Assembly (NCBI GenBank): GCA_032249235.1
Contig: JAVVGF010000004.1
Location: 32,001 to 96,000, forward strand
Reading direction: 5' to 3'
Length of the DNA stretch: 64,000 nucleotides
DNA from: Thermoproteota archaeon
Lineage (GTDB): Archaea; Thermoproteota; Thermoprotei; Gearchaeales; Gearchaeaceae
The notes under the pieces are model-generated. The model made no database searches and was not told the origin of the DNA. It worked only from the letters and a program-made list of their open reading frames with translations. Positions 31,526 to 40,954 of this stretch are shown piece by piece. The position numbers and the translations under genes were made by a program. Each line of letters begins with the position of its first letter. Within the stretch, counting starts at the first letter, position 1.

Positions 31526-32116
31526 ATGCCATATAGGATAAAATTTAGAAGGAGGAGAGAAAATAAAACTAATTATTCAAAGAGGAAAATCTTCGTAATA
31601 TCTGGGAAGATACGTTTTTGTGTCAGGAGATCTAACAAGTATATTCTAGTTCAATTCATAAAGCCTGCAATACAAGGAGACATAACTCTTTTAGCAGTCA
31701 ATTCGATAAAACTGAAAAAATACGGCTGGCCTTTCTCATGCAAAAACTTGCCTGCAGCATACTTAACGGGATATTTGGCTGGTTTGAAAGCTCTTAAGCA
31801 AGGAATAAAAGAAGCTGTGCTCGATATAGGTCTTAGGACTCCTACTAAAGGCAATAGAATCTTTGCTGTAGTTAAAGGTGCAATAGATGCAGGCCTTAAA
31901 ATACCTGTTGGAGAAGAAGTTTTACCTAGCGAAGAAAGAATTAGAGGTTCGCATATAGTCGAGTATTTCAAAATTTTAAAAGAGAAAGGAGAACATGAGA
32001 AAAGATTTAGTGCGTATATTAAAAACAATTTAAGCGTTGAAGAAATTCAAAATTATTTCGAAAAGGTTAAATCTGAGATATTTGAAAAGATAGGTGCTAA
32101 AAATGTCTCTAGTTGA
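31526..32116 (+). CDS. rpl18: 50S ribosomal protein uL18
   Basis: RRRRE.KT.Y..R, NLPAAYLTG, GA.DAGL.IP. Confidence 0.96.
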   Translation: MPYRIKFRRRRENKTNYSKRKIFVISGKIRFCVRRSNKYILVQFIKPAIQGDITLLAVNSIKLKKYGWPFSCKNLPAAYLTGYLAGLKALKQGIKEAVLDIGLRTPTKGNRIFAVVKGAIDAGLKIPVGEEVLPSEERIRGSHIVEYFKILKEKGEHEKRFSAYIKNNLSVEEIQNYFEKVKSEIFEKIGAKNVSS

Positions 32117-32708
32117 AAGCTGGCAACCAAAGACAAAACTAGGAAGACTTGTAAGGGAAGGTAAAATAACTAGCATAGATGAGATATTTCAAAACAATTA
32201 CAAAATACAAGAACCTGAAATTGTAGATATTTTATTGCCAAATCTAAAGGTTCAAGTATTATATTCAACAATTGTTCAAAAACAAACAGCTGCTGGCGAA
32301 ATTACTAGATTTAGAAGTTTAGTTGTAGTAGGCGATGGAAACGGCCATATTGGCTTAGGATTAGGAAAAGCGAAACAAACAAGGATCGCTATAGAGAAAG
32401 CTACTGCTCAAGCAAAACTCAATTTAATACCTGTTTTGAGAGGATGCGGTAGTTGGGAATGTTCATGCGGAAGACCTCATAGCGTTCCTTTTAGAGCTTT
32501 TGGAAAATGTGGTTCAGTAAGGATTGAACTTAAGCCAGGTCCATATGGTCTAGGCTTAGTAGTAGGCGAGTTCGTCAAACCAATTTTTATGCTAGCTGGT
32601 ATATCTGATGTCTGGTCATTTACAAAGGGTAATACAAGTAATAGGATAAACTTTGCTTTCGCTGTTTATGATGCTTTAAAGAATCTCTATAAGTTAAACG
32701 TTTTCTGA
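32103..32708 (+). CDS. rps5: 30S ribosomal protein uS5
   Basis: W.PKTKLG, RGCGSWEC.CG.PHS.PF. Confidence 0.96.
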   Translation: MSLVESWQPKTKLGRLVREGKITSIDEIFQNNYKIQEPEIVDILLPNLKVQVLYSTIVQKQTAAGEITRFRSLVVVGDGNGHIGLGLGKAKQTRIAIEKATAQAKLNLIPVLRGCGSWECSCGRPHSVPFRAFGKCGSVRIELKPGPYGLGLVVGEFVKPIFMLAGISDVWSFTKGNTSNRINFAFAVYDALKNLYKLNVF

Positions 32709-32709
32709 A

Positions 32710-33171
32710 ATGCCTGATTTGATAGCGATTGTTAGAATAAGAAGCCTCATAGATAGACATCCAGATGTAAGGAAGACTGTAGATTTGTTGAAATTAAGAA
32801 GGATTAACACATGCGTTATTTATCCTGATTCTGAATCTTTAAGGGGAATGCTAAAATTGGCTTCACAAGTCGTGACTTATGGAGAAATAGATAAAGCCAC
32901 ACTTGTTGAACTTCTAAAGAAAAGAGGTAGAACAATAGGAGATAAACCTTTAAATGAAGAATTGTTGAAGAAAAATGGCTATAATAGTTTTGAAGAATTA
33001 GCTGATGAGATATTTAAAACAGGTAAAATTCCGAGCTTCATTAAACCCTTCTTTAGACTTAATCCTCCTAAAGGAGGCTTCAAAAGATCTACAAAGAAAA
33101 TGATTGTAGATAAAGGAGAACTTGGATATAGAGGAAAAGATATCAATAATTTAATTCAGCGAATGTTATAG
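32710..33171 (+). CDS. rpl30: 50S ribosomal protein uL30
   Basis: RGML, TYGEI, FRL.PP.GG, GELGYRG..IN.LI.RM. Confidence 0.96.
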   Translation: MPDLIAIVRIRSLIDRHPDVRKTVDLLKLRRINTCVIYPDSESLRGMLKLASQVVTYGEIDKATLVELLKKRGRTIGDKPLNEELLKKNGYNSFEELADEIFKTGKIPSFIKPFFRLNPPKGGFKRSTKKMIVDKGELGYRGKDINNLIQRML

Positions 33172-33215
33172 CGATAAGATTTTATTTGAAAAGAAACATA
33201 AAGGATATAGCTTCA

Positions 33216-33668
33216 ATGGTTGTAAGAAGAGAAAAAGCTTCAAGAAAAAGAAGAGGCTATCGAGTTCATGGTTATGGTAGAACAGGTCAGCATAGAGGTA
33301 GTGGACAGAAAGGAGGTTTTGGAAAAGCAGGTAGGAAACCTGGAAAGCATGAGTATTCATGGATTTTGAGATATGATCCTGATTATTTCGGTAAACATGG
33401 ATTCAGGAGACCTAATAAAAAAGAATTCAATGAAATAAGCTTACTTGAAATTTCTCAATATGCAGATAAATGGTTAAAAGAAGGTTTTGCTAATCTAAAA
33501 TATGGTTATCTTGAAGTAGATTTATCAAAGCTTGGTTATAACAAAGTAGTTGCAGGTGGTGAATTAAAAGGCAAGTTCATTATAAAGGCATTAGCCTTTA
33601 GCGATGCTGCATTGAAGAAAATAAAGGAATCAGGTAGCATTGCGATAGTTGAAAATGTCAGCTCTTAA
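33216..33668 (+). CDS. rpl15: 50S ribosomal protein uL15
   Basis: MVVRR.K..RK.RG, HR.SG..GG.G.AG, FGKHGF. Confidence 0.95.
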   Translation: MVVRREKASRKRRGYRVHGYGRTGQHRGSGQKGGFGKAGRKPGKHEYSWILRYDPDYFGKHGFRRPNKKEFNEISLLEISQYADKWLKEGFANLKYGYLEVDLSKLGYNKVVAGGELKGKFIIKALAFSDAALKKIKESGSIAIVENVSS

Positions 33669-35079
33669 TTCTTTAAGGCCTATCTTAAGATATCTTCCTG
33701 AAATACCAAAAGCTAGAAGACCAGTAAGCTTTAGAGAAAAAGCTGCATGGACTTTAATGGTGCTTACAATTTATATTATTTTCACTCAAATACCTCTATA
33801 TCCTTTATCTTCTTCACAACAAGCAATTCCAGTACCTGCATTGTTTTCTATAATATTTGCTACAAGGATGGGGACGCTTGCACAACTTGGAGTTGGACCT
33901 ATAGTTACTGCAGGTTTAATTATGCAATTGCTCGTAGGTTCAAAAATAATAAATCTAGATCTTACTGATCGTTCGCAAAGAGCACTATTTACAGGCGTTC
34001 AGAAATTCTTAGCAATCATCTTCACCGCTTTAGAAGCTTCAGTATTCGTTTCAAGCGGTATTTTGCCAGCTGGAAGTTTAAGCAATGCAGTCCTAATAAT
34101 TTTGCAATTATTAGGAGTTGGTATATTGATAATTTTATTTGATGAGATATTGCAAAAAGGATATGGATTTGGAAGCGCTGTAAGTCTTTTCATATTAGCA
34201 GGTGTCGCATTACAAATTTCTGTAGAACTATTTAGCCCTGCTTTTGCTAATGGTAGCTATGCTGGTCTTTTACCTGAGGCTATATACGTATTGAATGGAG
34301 GTGGTAGCTTAAGCGATTTCTTATTCGGAAATCCAAATCTTGCCCGTTCATCTAGTCTAATTGGATTGATCGCAATGATTTTTACTTTAATCATAATCGT
34401 TTATTTACAGCAAGTAAAAATAGAAATACCTGTAGCATATCCTAAATATGGTGGAATTAAAGCAAAAATACCACTTCAGTTGATCTATGTATCAAACGTT
34501 CCAGTAATACTTGCAGGAGCATTGACGGCAAATCTATTATTTTTTGGACAAATAGCTTGGAATAATTACAATAGAGCTAATAATGATCCTGTTTGGAATG
34601 CAATCGCTCAATTTAATATCATTAATAATCAGGCAGTGCCTAGTGGAGGCATATTGTATTATTTATCCCCTCCAAGAGGTCTAAATGCTGCCTTTAGGGA
34701 TCCTTTGCATGCTTTGATTTATGTTCTTTTATTCTCGCTATTATGTGTTTTATTCGCTTTGGCATGGGTAGAAACCTCTGGTATGAGTGCAGAGGAACAA
34801 GCTAGAAGATTAGTTAAATCTGGTATTCAAGTACCTGGCTTTAGACATAGCGAATTAGTATTGGGTAATTTGTTAAAAAGATATACTAGAACATTGACAT
34901 GGTTTAGCGGTTTAATAATAGGGCTCATTGCTTCGATTTCAGATGTTGTAGGTATCATAGGTACAGGAATAGGCATTCTTTTAGCAGTAGGTATAGTTTA
35001 TCAATATTATATGATATTGGCAAGAGAGAGAATAGAAGAAGAATTCCCATCTATAGCAAGATTGCTTGAGGTGACATAA
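33655..35079 (+). CDS. secY: Preprotein translocase SecY/Sec61alpha
   Basis: GTL..LG.GPIVTAGLIMQLL, G.GS.VSLFI, Y.SN.PVI, GTGIGILL.V. Confidence 0.97.
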   Translation: MSALNSLRPILRYLPEIPKARRPVSFREKAAWTLMVLTIYIIFTQIPLYPLSSSQQAIPVPALFSIIFATRMGTLAQLGVGPIVTAGLIMQLLVGSKIINLDLTDRSQRALFTGVQKFLAIIFTALEASVFVSSGILPAGSLSNAVLIILQLLGVGILIILFDEILQKGYGFGSAVSLFILAGVALQISVELFSPAFANGSYAGLLPEAIYVLNGGGSLSDFLFGNPNLARSSSLIGLIAMIFTLIIIVYLQQVKIEIPVAYPKYGGIKAKIPLQLIYVSNVPVILAGALTANLLFFGQIAWNNYNRANNDPVWNAIAQFNIINNQAVPSGGILYYLSPPRGLNAAFRDPLHALIYVLLFSLLCVLFALAWVETSGMSAEEQARRLVKSGIQVPGFRHSELVLGNLLKRYTRTLTWFSGLIIGLIASISDVVGIIGTGIGILLAVGIVYQYYMILARERIEEEFPSIARLLEVT

Positions 35080-35543
35080 TGGGCGATATATATTTTATAC
35101 TTCATGAATTTTCTCTGATAATATTATTTGCATTAATTCCAGCTTTACTTTCAGCTTTCTTAAACAGACTTCTCATCTCTAGGTCTTTCGGTATCGAAAG
35201 ATATAGAAGAATAATGAGGGAAATTAGGGATTTTGATAAGCAATTACTTCAGGCTGCAAGAAGCAAAGACAATTCAAAGTTAGAAAAATTGCAAGCAAAA
35301 AAACCTTATATCGATAAAATGCGTTCTCAAACATTCAAGATTACTATGATATCTACGATGGTCATGTTATTATTTTACTATGTATTTTTTGTTTACCTAT
35401 TTGTCATGATATTTAAAGAACCATTCGATGTATTGTTCCCTATCATTTCTTCTAATTTCTCTATACCACTTTATTATTGGTATATCATTTGTCTTATGCT
35501 ATTAAGTTTATTAATAAATAGGAAGATAGGAATCTATTATTGA
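35079..35543 (+). CDS. DUF106/EMC3-like (Oxa1 superfamily) membrane protein
   Basis: TM, coiled coil, two TMs with WY..C motif; follows secY. Confidence 0.8.
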   Translation: MGDIYFILHEFSLIILFALIPALLSAFLNRLLISRSFGIERYRRIMREIRDFDKQLLQAARSKDNSKLEKLQAKKPYIDKMRSQTFKITMISTMVMLLFYYVFFVYLFVMIFKEPFDVLFPIISSNFSIPLYYWYIICLMLLSLLINRKIGIYY

Positions 35544-35544
35544 A

Positions 35545-35805
35545 ATGCCTAGGCCTGCACATAGAAATGATAAGATACATTTGGTTAGGACGCCAGGAGG
35601 AATTGTTAAAATACATTATGAAAAACCTAAAAGAAATAAGGATAAGTGTGCAATATGCAAATCTGAGCTCCATGGGACTTATCATGGAAGGGGAGGCTTA
35701 TCTAAATCTTCAAGAAGAGTTAAAAGACCATACGGCGGGCATTTATGTCCCAATTGTCTTAAGAATCTAATAGAAAGTAAAGTAATAGCTCAAATTAAGA
35801 TTTGA
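35545..35805 (+). CDS. rpl34e: 50S ribosomal protein L34e
   Basis: VRTPGG, CAIC, RPYGG.LC..C. Confidence 0.95.
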   Translation: MPRPAHRNDKIHLVRTPGGIVKIHYEKPKRNKDKCAICKSELHGTYHGRGGLSKSSRRVKRPYGGHLCPNCLKNLIESKVIAQIKI

Positions 35806-36362
35806 TAGTTATAGCATTAAGCGGTTTAGCAGGTTCTGGTAAAACGACCGTTGGTAAAAGAGTTTCTCAGCATTTCAAGCTTAGATTTATATCCATAGGA
35901 AGTCTGTTCAGAGAAATGGCACAAGAGTTGAATGTAAGCTTAGAAGAATTCCATCGTATGGCTGAAAAAGATCCAAAATACGATTTGCTGGTCGATAATA
36001 AAGCAATAGAGGAAGCTAAAAAGGGTAATGTTTTAATTGAAGGTCATCTTGCATGCTGGATATTAAAGGATATTGCTGATATCAAAATTTATCTAATTGC
36101 TCCTTTGGAAGAAAGAGCGAAAAGGATTGCAGAAAGAGACAATTTGAGCTTTGAAAAAGCTATCGAAGAAATTAAAAAAAGAGAAGAGAGCAATAGAAAA
36201 AGATACAAAGAAATATATGGCATAGATATAAATGACCTTTCTATCATGGATTTCATAATAAATACTTCAAAATTTTCTCCTGAAGGTATTGAGAAAATAC
36301 TTATATCTATAATTGAAGCATATCTCTCTAATAAGAATGCCTCCATTAGTTACGATAGGTAG
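35802..36362 (+). CDS. cmk: Cytidylate kinase (archaeal)
   Basis: SG..GSGKTT P-loop, G..FR, RY..IYGID. Confidence 0.92.
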   Translation: MIVIALSGLAGSGKTTVGKRVSQHFKLRFISIGSLFREMAQELNVSLEEFHRMAEKDPKYDLLVDNKAIEEAKKGNVLIEGHLACWILKDIADIKIYLIAPLEERAKRIAERDNLSFEKAIEEIKKREESNRKRYKEIYGIDINDLSIMDFIINTSKFSPEGIEKILISIIEAYLSNKNASISYDR

Positions 36363-36612
36363 ATTAGCAGTAAAGTTAAGAGGTAGAGATGCAGGTCGTA
36401 AATGCGTATTAGTTAATATAATCGACAAAAATTTCGTAACAGTAACGGGTCCTAAGCAATTAACAGGTGTTAGAAGAAGGAAGGTGAATATAGATCATTT
36501 ATTGCTATTACCTCAGCAGATTAAAATATCCAAGAATGCATCTGATGAAGAAGTGTTGAAAGCTTTGCAAGAAGCAAATTTAATAGATTTCATGAAAGAA
36601 GGAGTGATATGA
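36337..36612 (+). CDS. rpl14e: 50S ribosomal protein L14e
   Basis: GR.AVK..GRDAG.KC, VTGPK..TGV.RR.VN..H. Confidence 0.95.
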   Translation: MPPLVTIGRLAVKLRGRDAGRKCVLVNIIDKNFVTVTGPKQLTGVRRRKVNIDHLLLLPQQIKISKNASDEEVLKALQEANLIDFMKEGVI

Positions 36613-37588
36613 ATCAAAGACAAATTTTATACAAAAAGGATAGTAAAGTTAGGATAAAGCTTAGCCCAATCCCTTTTGTTAAAAGGACCATTGAAGAGCA
36701 TTTGAATTATTCTTTTTGTCTTCTAGATAAGCCTAGAGGACCAACAAGTCATGAAATTGCTGCTTGGATTAAAAAAGAATTCGGAATACCTGTTACTCAC
36801 AGCGGGACCCTAGAAGATTTTGGGGAAATCCCGCTGTATCAGGTTTATTATTAATATTATTTGGAAAAGCTAGGAAGCTGAGCAATTTGCTGGCTAGATT
36901 TGATAAGACTTATATCTGCGAAATGCAATTGCATGAAGAAGTAGAGGAAGAAAAATTAAGAAATGTCATTAATCTTTTTGTAGGAAAAATATACCAAAAG
37001 CCTCCTTTGAGATCCGCTGTTAAAAAAGTTCCAAGAATTAGAAAAATTTATTCAATCGATATTTTAGACATTGTTGGAAGGAATGTCTTGATGCAAGTTA
37101 GATGTGAAGCAGGCACTTATGTTAGGAAACTTTGTTTCGATATAGGAGAAGTCCTAGGTTCTGGTGCACATATGACTGAGCTTAGGAGAATTGCAATTGG
37201 TTTTTTAGACGAAAATTATGAATACATTGCTACAATGCACGAATTATTCGGAGCTTATAGATTGTGGAAGAATAAAAACGAAGATTTCTATTTGAGATAT
37301 TATTTAAGACCTATTGAAGAATTGCTTTTCTTTTTACCTAAGGTATTTGTTAAAGATACTGCTCTTTTCTCAATAACTCATGGTTCTTTTATTGCAGCAC
37401 CTGCTATTGTAGCTGTTACATCAGATTTGAAAAAGAATCAAAATGTTGGCATATATAATTTAAACAATGAGCTGATTGCAATAGGTAAATCTGAAATGGA
37501 TGCTAAAGAAGCAATAGAAAAAGAAAAAGGAGTGGTTGTAAAAATAGATAAGGTTTTGAAAGTATATGAGAAGAAAGAAGTCGAATGA
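36609..37588 (+). CDS. cbf5: H/ACA RNA-guided pseudouridine synthase Cbf5, join(36609..36813,36828..37588), 321 aa
   Basis: DKP.GPTSH, then HSGTL-D-PAVSG restored by removing 14 nt; YQKPP.RSAVK, AGTY.RKLC, PUA domain. Confidence 0.93.
36814..36827 (+). other. 14-nt BHB mRNA intron in cbf5 (AAGATTTTGGGGAA)
   Basis: AGCGGGA/TCCCGCT exon helix, CCCT/GGGG central helix, AGA and AAA bulges; splicing gives CTA G|AT CCC. Confidence 0.9.
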
Positions 37589-37672
37589 CGCCGGGAGTGG
37601 GATTTGAACCCACGAGGGCAAACGCCCACAGGCTCTCCAGGCCTGCGCCTTACCTGGCTAGGCTATCCCGGC
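37589..37672 (-). tRNA. tRNA-Ser(GGA)
   Basis: GCCGGGA/TCCCGGC-G; CAGGC-CT GGA GA-GCCTG; long variable arm. Confidence 0.95.
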
Positions 37673-37718
37673 TATAGCTAAAAGATTTTAAAGGTGTCTA
37701 ACTAATAAATTTACTATA

Positions 37719-38165
37719 ATGTCTCAAAATTTCAAATATGTAGTAAGGATATCGAATACTGATTTGAATGGTAAGGATCAGCTATTTTATGCATTACAAA
37801 AAATAAAGGGAATTGGTATTAATACTGCCATCGCTATTTGTAGGCTTGCTGGTTTTCATCCCTATACAAAATTAGGCTCTTTGAATGATGAAGACATTAA
37901 AAAGATTGAATATCTAGTCAAGAACTTACATGAAAAAGTTCCATGGTGGTTCAATAATTATAAAAAGGAACGCTTTACTGGGCAAAATATTCATTTGATA
38001 GAGTCTGATTTGATATTAAAAGCAAGGGAAGATATAGAATTCCAGAAAGCTTTGAAGAGCTGGAAAGGAATGAGGCATGCTGCAGGTTTAAAGGTTAGAG
38101 GGCAATCTACGAGAACAACAGGTAGAACTGGTTTAACAGTGGGAGTTACAAAGAAAGCTCAATGA
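37719..38165 (+). CDS. rps13: 30S ribosomal protein uS13
   Basis: IKGIG, W.G.RH..GL.VRGQ.TRTTGR. Confidence 0.97.
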   Translation: MSQNFKYVVRISNTDLNGKDQLFYALQKIKGIGINTAIAICRLAGFHPYTKLGSLNDEDIKKIEYLVKNLHEKVPWWFNNYKKERFTGQNIHLIESDLILKAREDIEFQKALKSWKGMRHAAGLKVRGQSTRTTGRTGLTVGVTKKAQ

Positions 38166-38166
38166 A

Positions 38167-38625
38167 ATGAGGAGATTTAAGAAGACTTGGGAAGGGCCAA
38201 GGCATCCATGGAGAAAGGATGTTTTACTTGCAGAAATCGATCTTCTTGGCCGTTATGGATTAAAAAACAAGAGAGAGCTTTGGAAGATGAAAACAATATT
38301 GAGAAAGATAAGGAAAAGAGCAAGAGCACTTTTAGCTTTGTCTCCTACAGAAAGAGCTATAGAAGAAGAAAAGCTGAAGAACCTTTTAATAAAGTATGGC
38401 TTGATCGATGAAAATGCCGATATCAGTGCTATCTTATCTCTAACCATAGAAGACATATTGAAAAGAAGACTTCAAACAGTTGTTTATAATTTAAAGCTTG
38501 CTAATAGCATTTATCATGCAAGGCAATTAATAGTTCATAAAAAGGTAATGGTTGGAGATAGAATTATATCAAGTCCTTCTTATTTGGTAAAGAAAGACGA
38601 GGAAGATAAAATAAAGATAATATGA
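38167..38625 (+). CDS. rps4: 30S ribosomal protein uS4
   Basis: [31 protein letters not shown]. Confidence 0.97.
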   Translation: MRRFKKTWEGPRHPWRKDVLLAEIDLLGRYGLKNKRELWKMKTILRKIRKRARALLALSPTERAIEEEKLKNLLIKYGLIDENADISAILSLTIEDILKRRLQTVVYNLKLANSIYHARQLIVHKKVMVGDRIISSPSYLVKKDEEDKIKII

Positions 38626-39017
38626 GCGAAAAGAATAAGCTTTGGGGTATAGCTCATATTTATTCGTCAAGAAATAATACTTTAATCTACATTACTGATC
38701 TTTCTGGGGCTCATCTAATAACTTGGAAATCTTGTGGAACAGTTGTTAAGGCAGATAGAGAAAAGAAAACGCCATATGCTGCGATGATGGCAGCATTCAA
38801 AGCAGCTGAAGAAGCGATAAGTAAAGGTATCGCAGGTGTGCACATAAAAGTTAGAGCTCCTGGAGGACATGGGCAAAAAACACCAGGGCCTGGAGCAAAT
38901 GCTGCTATTAGAGCGCTTGCAAGAGCAGGATTGATGATAGGCAGAATCGAAGACGTTACACCTCTTCCGCATGACACAACAAGGAAACCAGGAGGTAGGA
39001 GAGGTAGGAGAGTCTAG
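38622..39017 (+). CDS. rps11: 30S ribosomal protein uS11
   Basis: [36 protein letters not shown]. Confidence 0.97.
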   Translation: MSEKNKLWGIAHIYSSRNNTLIYITDLSGAHLITWKSCGTVVKADREKKTPYAAMMAAFKAAEEAISKGIAGVHIKVRAPGGHGQKTPGPGANAAIRALARAGLMIGRIEDVTPLPHDTTRKPGGRRGRRV

Positions 39018-39495
39018 AATTGTTGTTTTAGGAGGTTCTTTTAGCCAAATTCATAAAGGTCATATTGAATTGTTAAAGAGTGCCTTAAAAATATCTAAGA
39101 GATTAAAAATTGGTTTAGTTTTCGATCCTGGAAATAAACCTTTTAAGGAATTAATTGAAGATTATCAAACAAGATACAATAAATTGAAAAAAGCTATATT
39201 AGAATTAGATAAAGAAGCGGATTTCGAAATTGTTCCGATTTATGATCCTTATGGTCCTTCCATTAGCGAACCCAATTTGACTGATATTGTTTGCACCGAA
39301 GAAACTTTACCTAGAGCAATAGAAATAAATGAGATAAGGAAGAAAAAAGGTTTAAAGCCCTTGAATGTTCATTACATAATTCTAGCATTAGCAGAAGATC
39401 TCTTACCGATAAGAAGCTCAAGGATTAGAGCTGGGCAAATTGATGAAAATGGAAAATTATTAGTAAAAGAAGTTAAGATAATTTATGATGAATGA
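38971..39495 (+). CDS. coaD: Phosphopantetheine adenylyltransferase (archaeal PPAT); start uncertain
   Basis: GG.F..IH.GH, DPYGPS, EET...A..IN..R...GL.PL, SS.IR.G.ID..G. Confidence 0.85.
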   Translation: MTQQGNQEVGEVGESRIVVLGGSFSQIHKGHIELLKSALKISKRLKIGLVFDPGNKPFKELIEDYQTRYNKLKKAILELDKEADFEIVPIYDPYGPSISEPNLTDIVCTEETLPRAIEINEIRKKKGLKPLNVHYIILALAEDLLPIRSSRIRAGQIDENGKLLVKEVKIIYDE

Positions 39496-40954
39496 AATTA
39501 AATTTTACGAAAGAGAATATCAAATTCTTAATAAAATTCTTAATGATTTCAAAAGCCTTCAAGAATTATCCAGCGAGTTGAACATCCCTTTCGCTACTCT
39601 TTATAGCTGGGTAGAAGATCTGAAGATTAAAGGATATGTTGATGCAAGAGATGAAATTCTTAAAAAGATATCTTTGACAGAAGAAGGAAAAAGATACGCT
39701 GAACAAGGTCTACCTGAGAAGAGATTGGCTTTAATTCTAAAAGAAAAAGAAGCAATGAGTTTAGAAGAATTGAAATCATTCTTCACAAAAAATGAGTTGG
39801 ATATTGCAATAATGCATGCTTTAAAAAAAGGCTTTATAAAATATTTTGAAGGAAAAATAAAATTTGTAAGTTTGTATGAGACAAATGATGAAAAGTTATT
39901 AAATGAGATAAAAAATAAAGGTGAAATAATCGTAAATGAATTAAATGAAGAATTAAAAATTTTAAAAAGGAGAGGATTAATTGAAGTAAATGAATTTAAA
40001 AAGACTTATATAAAAGCAAGCAAATTTGTAAGAGATTCAATAATATCTAAAAATTATGTAATAATACCTGAAATTTCTAAAATAACAAGCGATGATATTA
40101 TCTCAGGCAAATGGAAACAATATCCTTTGAAGGCTTATAACTTAGAAGCTTTACCACCAATCGTTTATTTTGGTAGATCGCAAGTATACATGAGATTTCT
40201 TGAAGAAGTTAAAAAAGTCCTATTAGAAATGGGTTTTGAAGAATATGATTGGGATTATATCCTTCCAGAATTATGGAATTTCGATGTGTTATTTGTTCCG
40301 CAAGATCATCCAGCAAGAGATGTTCAAGACACTTTCAGAGTAAATCTTCCTCCAGCTATTTTGGATGAAATTTTTGCTGAAAAAGTTAAAGATATGCATG
40401 AAAAGGTATTCAATGAAGCTTTAGGATGGAACTATAAATGGGATGCAGAAATTGCTCGAAGGCTTGTTTTAAGAACACATACAACACCCGTTTCTATAAG
40501 ATACATATACGAGAATAAAGATAAAGAAGCAAAAGTTTTTTGTATTTCTAGAAACTTTAGAAGAGATTTGCCTGATAGAACACATTTCATAGAATTTTAT
40601 CAATGTGAAGGAATAATGGTAGGAAATAAGCTAAATTTCTCTAATTTATTATATTTCCTTAAAGAATTTGCCTCAAGATTGGGCCTAGAGAAAATTAGAT
40701 TCAAGCCTAGCTACTTTCCTTTCACTGAACCAAGTGTAGAAGGTTCTGTCTATCATGATAAATTAGGTTGGATCGAAGCCTTACCTGGAGGAATGTTCAG
40801 ACCTGAAATGTTAAATATGCTCGGAGTTAAATCTCGAGTTCTAGCATGGGGAATAGGTATTGATAGACTTGCAATGGCTTATTTAGGAATAGATGATATA
40901 AGAGAATTGTTCTCAAAGGATTTGAATTTCCTAAGAAGTGCAAGAATGTTGTAA
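39485..40954 (+). CDS. pheS: Phenylalanyl-tRNA synthetase alpha
   Basis: WNFD.LF.PQDHPARD.QDTF, LRTHTT, YFPFTEPS, AWG.G.DR. Confidence 0.97.
   Translation: MMNEIKFYEREYQILNKILNDFKSLQELSSELNIPFATLYSWVEDLKIKGYVDARDEILKKISLTEEGKRYAEQGLPEKRLALILKEKEAMSLEELKSFFTKNELDIAIMHALKKGFIKYFEGKIKFVSLYETNDEKLLNEIKNKGEIIVNELNEELKILKRRGLIEVNEFKKTYIKASKFVRDSIISKNYVIIPEISKITSDDIISGKWKQYPLKAYNLEALPPIVYFGRSQVYMRFLEEVKKVLLEMGFEEYDWDYILPELWNFDVLFVPQDHPARDVQDTFRVNLPPAILDEIFAEKVKDMHEKVFNEALGWNYKWDAEIARRLVLRTHTTPVSIRYIYENKDKEAKVFCISRNFRRDLPDRTHFIEFYQCEGIMVGNKLNFSNLLYFLKEFASRLGLEKIRFKPSYFPFTEPSVEGSVYHDKLGWIEALPGGMFRPEMLNMLGVKSRVLAWGIGIDRLAMAYLGIDDIRELFSKDLNFLRSARML

Noticed and set aside
36609-37588. cbf5 as a frameshifted pseudogene or two genes
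   Set aside because: A BHB intron at the known site restores the frame and the catalytic Asp.
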